Origin: Candidatus Cloacimonas sp.
GTDB lineage: Bacteria; Cloacimonadota; Cloacimonadia; Cloacimonadales; Cloacimonadaceae
Assembly (NCBI GenBank): GCA_023227825.1
Contig: JALOCJ010000007.1
Location: 10,804-74,803, forward strand
Direction: 5' to 3'
DNA length: 64,000 nucleotides
Part shown: piece by piece, positions 60,807 to 64,000 of the stretch
How the letters are laid out: each line of letters starts with the position of its first letter
Numbering within the stretch: the first letter of the stretch is position 1
Program-made: the position numbers and the translations under genes
Notes under the pieces: generated by a model
What the model was told of the DNA's origin: nothing
Databases searched by the model: none
The model's input: the letters and a program-made list of their open reading frames with translations, nothing else

Positions 60807-61883
60807 TTATACATTAAAACGGATGGAAAGAATATCCCCGTCTTTAACAATATAATCCTTTCCTTCCAAACGGAAAAGTCCTTTTTCTTTAAGCACTTTT
60901 TCACTGCCATAAGTAATAAGATCATCATACTGAAAACACTCTGCACGAATAAAACCACGCGCCAGATCACTATGAATTTTTCCTGCAGCAGTTACAGCAT
61001 TGGCACCTTTTTCAATTGTCCAGGCACGAACTTCATCAGGACCGACAGTGAAAAAACTGATATAACCCATCAGCTGATAAGTCCAATGAGTTAAGCGATC
61101 GCGAATGGATTCATTTATTCCCATATCTTCCATAAACATTTGTGCTTCTTCATTTTCCAGTTTGCTGAGCTCTTCTTCAAACTTTCCGGCAATGGTATAT
61201 GCTTGATAATCCTTTTCAGTAAAGGCATTAATGGTTTCATTCCAGGTGTTTATATTGTCCTCGTTACAGTTAATCAAAATCAACATTGGCTTGGCAGAAA
61301 AGAATTGAAAACCGCGTATTGCCTTTTCTTCTTCATTGTCTAATTCTATGCTTTTTATGGGCTTGTTAATTTGCAGGCAATCCACTATTTTATGTAATGC
61401 CTTTTCTTCAATTTGCATTGCCGGGGTTTTAACTCCTCTTTTATAACCCAGTTTAATTTTTTCTAACCGCTTTTCTGCCATAATCAAATCATATAACAAC
61501 ATCTCTTCCTGAAAGTGGTGAAATTGTTCTATAGGGGTGTCTAAAGGATAAAGACCTTCCAGTTCTTCATCCCTGAAACCACGCAGCACTAAAATAAATG
61601 CCTCTGTATTTTTAATATCCGAAAGGAGAGCTGTTTCTGATGTCTCGCTCTCTTTATAAAATATGCCTGGATAATCATGATATTCAATTGTAGCATATAT
61701 TGTCTTTTTTGGTTTGTAAAGCTCCGAAAGTTTATCAATACGTTCATCGGCAACTTGAACAACGCCAATATTAGCTGTCAAAGAAGGTGGAGCATATTTA
61801 TCGGTGTTCTGTTCACCTTGGGTTAAGGCATTGAAAATAGTTGTTTTACCTGTTTTCGGCAGACCAATTATTCCTGCTTTCAT
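60807..61883 (-). CDS. ychF: YchF/OLA1-family ATPase (divergent motifs)
   Basis: GIIGLPKTGKTTIFN; C-terminal FFTVGPDEVRAW, AGKIHSDLARGFIRAE, GKDYIVKDGD. Confidence 0.82.
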   Translation of the reverse strand: MKAGIIGLPKTGKTTIFNALTQGEQNTDKYAPPSLTANIGVVQVADERIDKLSELYKPKKTIYATIEYHDYPGIFYKESETSETALLSDIKNTEAFILVLRGFRDEELEGLYPLDTPIEQFHHFQEEMLLYDLIMAEKRLEKIKLGYKRGVKTPAMQIEEKALHKIVDCLQINKPIKSIELDNEEEKAIRGFQFFSAKPMLILINCNEDNINTWNETINAFTEKDYQAYTIAGKFEEELSKLENEEAQMFMEDMGINESIRDRLTHWTYQLMGYISFFTVGPDEVRAWTIEKGANAVTAAGKIHSDLARGFIRAECFQYDDLITYGSEKVLKEKGLFRLEGKDYIVKDGDILSIRFNV

Positions 61884-62724
61884 TTGGTTTTTTTTCCTTT
61901 TTTAACGATAATAATGCTTTCATTTCAGCTGGTTCTAAAAGACGCCATCTGCCAACAGGAAGGTCTTTTATTTTTAAAGGACCGAACTGCAAGCGTTTTA
62001 AATAAGTAACCCTTGCCCCAACTGCTTCTATCATTTGGCGGATTTGTCTTTTTTTTCCTTCGGTGATAACCATTTTCAAAGTCATCCCGTTGATTTTTTT
62101 GGATTTTACAAAAATCCCTGCAGGTAAGGTTTTTCCCCCTTCAATTTCTACACCTTTTCGTAAAATATTCAGTTCCTCATTATTCAAAGGACGGTTGATA
62201 TCTACCCGATAAACCTTTTCCACTTTGTTTTCAGGATGCGTTAATAAATTTATCAAAGCTGTGTCATTAGTAAAAAGCAACAGCCCTTCACTATTTTTAT
62301 CCAGGCGTCCAGCATAAGCAAGTTGTTTTCCTTTTGGCGGTAAAAGTGAATAAACCGTTTTTCTACCCAGTTCATCATTTTGGGAAACAATAAAACCTTG
62401 CGGTTTATTAAGAATCAGGTAATACTTTTCTTTTTGGGGTTGAATGAGTTTTCCGTCTAAAGTAACTTTATCTTTACCGGGAATAATCTGCCGGGAAAGG
62501 TCTTTAACCAAAATACCGTTCACTTTAATTCTGCCGGAAGTTATAAATTCTTCTACTTTTCTTCTGCTGCCTTGCCCGCAATCAGCTAAATAACGATTCA
62601 GACGAAGGGTTTTACCATCCCTCAATACTGTTTTGGAGGATGGTTTTATAGAGTTTGGAGATGAGCTCTTCAACTGCTTCCTCTTTGGTTTTAAATTTGG
62701 CAGTGCCTCCTTCAGCAACAGCAT
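61846..62724 (-). CDS. rRNA pseudouridine synthase (RsuA/RluB family)
   Basis: S4 domain RLNRYLADCG..SRR, LNKP, AGRLDKNSEGLLL, EGKKRQIR. The true start is probably near 62620. Confidence 0.9.
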   Translation of the reverse strand: MLLLKEALPNLKPKRKQLKSSSPNSIKPSSKTVLRDGKTLRLNRYLADCGQGSRRKVEEFITSGRIKVNGILVKDLSRQIIPGKDKVTLDGKLIQPQKEKYYLILNKPQGFIVSQNDELGRKTVYSLLPPKGKQLAYAGRLDKNSEGLLLFTNDTALINLLTHPENKVEKVYRVDINRPLNNEELNILRKGVEIEGGKTLPAGIFVKSKKINGMTLKMVITEGKKRQIRQMIEAVGARVTYLKRLQFGPLKIKDLPVGRWRLLEPAEMKALLSLKKEKKPNESRNNWSAENR

Positions 62725-63112
62725 AAAGTTCCGTTACGGTCAAACCGCTGTTTTGGTAAAGCACTGTATTATTGATCAAATCTGTAAAAGTAACTGAAAC
62801 CACCATTTTTACCTGATAATCCTGAACTTGATTAGCGGCGTCGTAGCTGTAAACATTTTCGGAAAAACTTAAAATAGCTCCTTCCAGTGTGCAATCGGGG
62901 TCTTCTGTCACTAATTTCAACCTTCCATCTTCTCTAATTTCACGGTTCAAATAAGTAAGCAGTTTATCCCCCAACCCGTATTCACTGGTTCTATTTTCAA
63001 AAGCCAGAATTCTGATTTTCCGCAAATGCGGGTAAGCATTAGAATAAACCGAATAATAACAACCGCTTAAGATAAACAAAAGCAGAAGCGGATAAATAAA
63101 TTTCTTGACCAT
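62612..63112 (-). CDS. lptE: LPS assembly lipoprotein, LptE family
   Basis: Lipobox LSGC, FENRTSEYGL, DCTLEGAI. Confidence 0.75.
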   Translation of the reverse strand: MVKKFIYPLLLLFILSGCYYSVYSNAYPHLRKIRILAFENRTSEYGLGDKLLTYLNREIREDGRLKLVTEDPDCTLEGAILSFSENVYSYDAANQVQDYQVKMVVSVTFTDLINNTVLYQNSGLTVTELYAVAEGGTAKFKTKEEAVEELISKLYKTILQNSIEGW

Positions 63113-63207
63113 TATTCCATCCTCAAAAAATGCTTATATTATTGTCAAGCTAAACCTTGCCAAAGCAGATATAAAATAACTATAAAAACCTAAAAAGGAG
63201 TTCTTTT

Positions 63208-63876
63208 ATGGCGAAAAAATTTATCTCTAAAGCTGAAGCTGCCAAGAAGTTAAAAGTTTCGGAGCGAGTTATTCAGGAAATGATCGCTACGAATGTTTTT
63301 GAAAGTAAGCTCGTAGGAAAAAATGTTAAAATAGACGAAGATTCCTTAAACGAGTGGCTGGAAAATTTGAATGAGACAGAAGAAAAAATGCTCGCTTTAA
63401 AACGGGTTATCTGTCATTTTGAAGAATATATGCGTCCCGAAAACATTTTCCTGGATTTTTCGGCAGAAAACAAATATGATGCTATCCGAATCTTAAGTGA
63501 AAAGGCAAAAGAGCTGAAACTTGTGCGCGATGCACGCTGGCTTTATGAAGTTGTAGTAGCTCGTGAAGAATTGGTTTCTACAGCTATTGGTAATGGAGTT
63601 GCCTTACTTCATCCGCGGCACTTGCATCCTTCTAAAATCAAAACCCCCAGCATTTTGTTTGGACGTTCATCTGAACCTGTAGATTTTGATGCTCCTGATA
63701 ACAAAGCGGTGAATATTTTCTTTATGCTACTGTTGCATAATGATAAACAGCACCTTTTTTCGCTGTCTTACATTTCCCGCTTAGTTATGAATCAGGATAT
63801 CCTTAAGCGTTTAGCAGAAGCAAAGGATGCAAAGGAAATTCACCAGCTTCTTACTGTAATTCCTGAACAAGTTTAA
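63208..63876 (+). CDS. Excisionase-type HTH fused to a PTS EIIA (PtsN-like) domain
   Basis: N-terminal ISKAEAAKKLKVSERVI; AREELVSTAIGNGVALLHPRH; PVDFDAPDNKAV. Confidence 0.85.
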   Translation: MAKKFISKAEAAKKLKVSERVIQEMIATNVFESKLVGKNVKIDEDSLNEWLENLNETEEKMLALKRVICHFEEYMRPENIFLDFSAENKYDAIRILSEKAKELKLVRDARWLYEVVVAREELVSTAIGNGVALLHPRHLHPSKIKTPSILFGRSSEPVDFDAPDNKAVNIFFMLLLHNDKQHLFSLSYISRLVMNQDILKRLAEAKDAKEIHQLLTVIPEQV

Positions 63877-63879
63877 AAA

Positions 63880-64000
63880 ATGAATCCCCAAATCAGGATT
63901 ATTATAGGAAGTAAAAGCGATTTGGAGAAAATTGCTCCTGCCAGGGAAATACTGGAGCAGTTTGATGTCTCTTACGATCTGCATATTTCTTCTGCTCACC
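63880..64000 (+). CDS. purE: 5' end of N5-CAIR mutase, truncated by the window edge
   Basis: MNPQIRIIIGSKSDLE...LHISSAH matches the PurE GSxSD and SAH motifs. Confidence 0.88.
   Translation, partial: MNPQIRIIIGSKSDLEKIAPAREILEQFDVSYDLHISSAH

Overview
AT-rich bacterial chromosome segment. The gene families (C-terminal sorting-domain proteins, gingipain-like protease, M16C/M18 peptidases, CoA-transferase, LptE/LolA/BamD) fit a Gram-negative anaerobic peptide fermenter; I infer a Candidatus Cloacimonas-like member of Cloacimonadota. Most of the window is housekeeping: dapA-PreP-rsgA-nadK-recN, nth, atoDA, hflX, four tRNAs, greA, apeA, bamD, nadD, manC-lolA-ftsK-ychF, lptE and purE. Two loci stand out. 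(1) A five-gene membrane operon at 22280-30551 with two paralogous FN3-like/DUF6754-type proteins flanking three uncharacterised membrane proteins. (2) A very AT-rich two-gene insertion at 16439-21896 encoding a WD40-like/Hsp70-fold ATPase and a RapA/DrmD-like SNF2 helicase, a candidate unnamed defence module. Other points are an orphan N4/N6 methyltransferase, a PAP2 gene interrupted by an in-frame TGA at a conserved Gly, and several intergenic repeat families. These repeats include six imperfect palindromes with 11-bp periodicity, REP-like hairpins, a 99-bp tandem, GGA-rich repeats after gene 3' ends and an 8-bp microsatellite next to a TTGACA. No CRISPR array, rRNA, integrase or transposase was found. 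All family assignments come from motif recognition by eye, not database searches.
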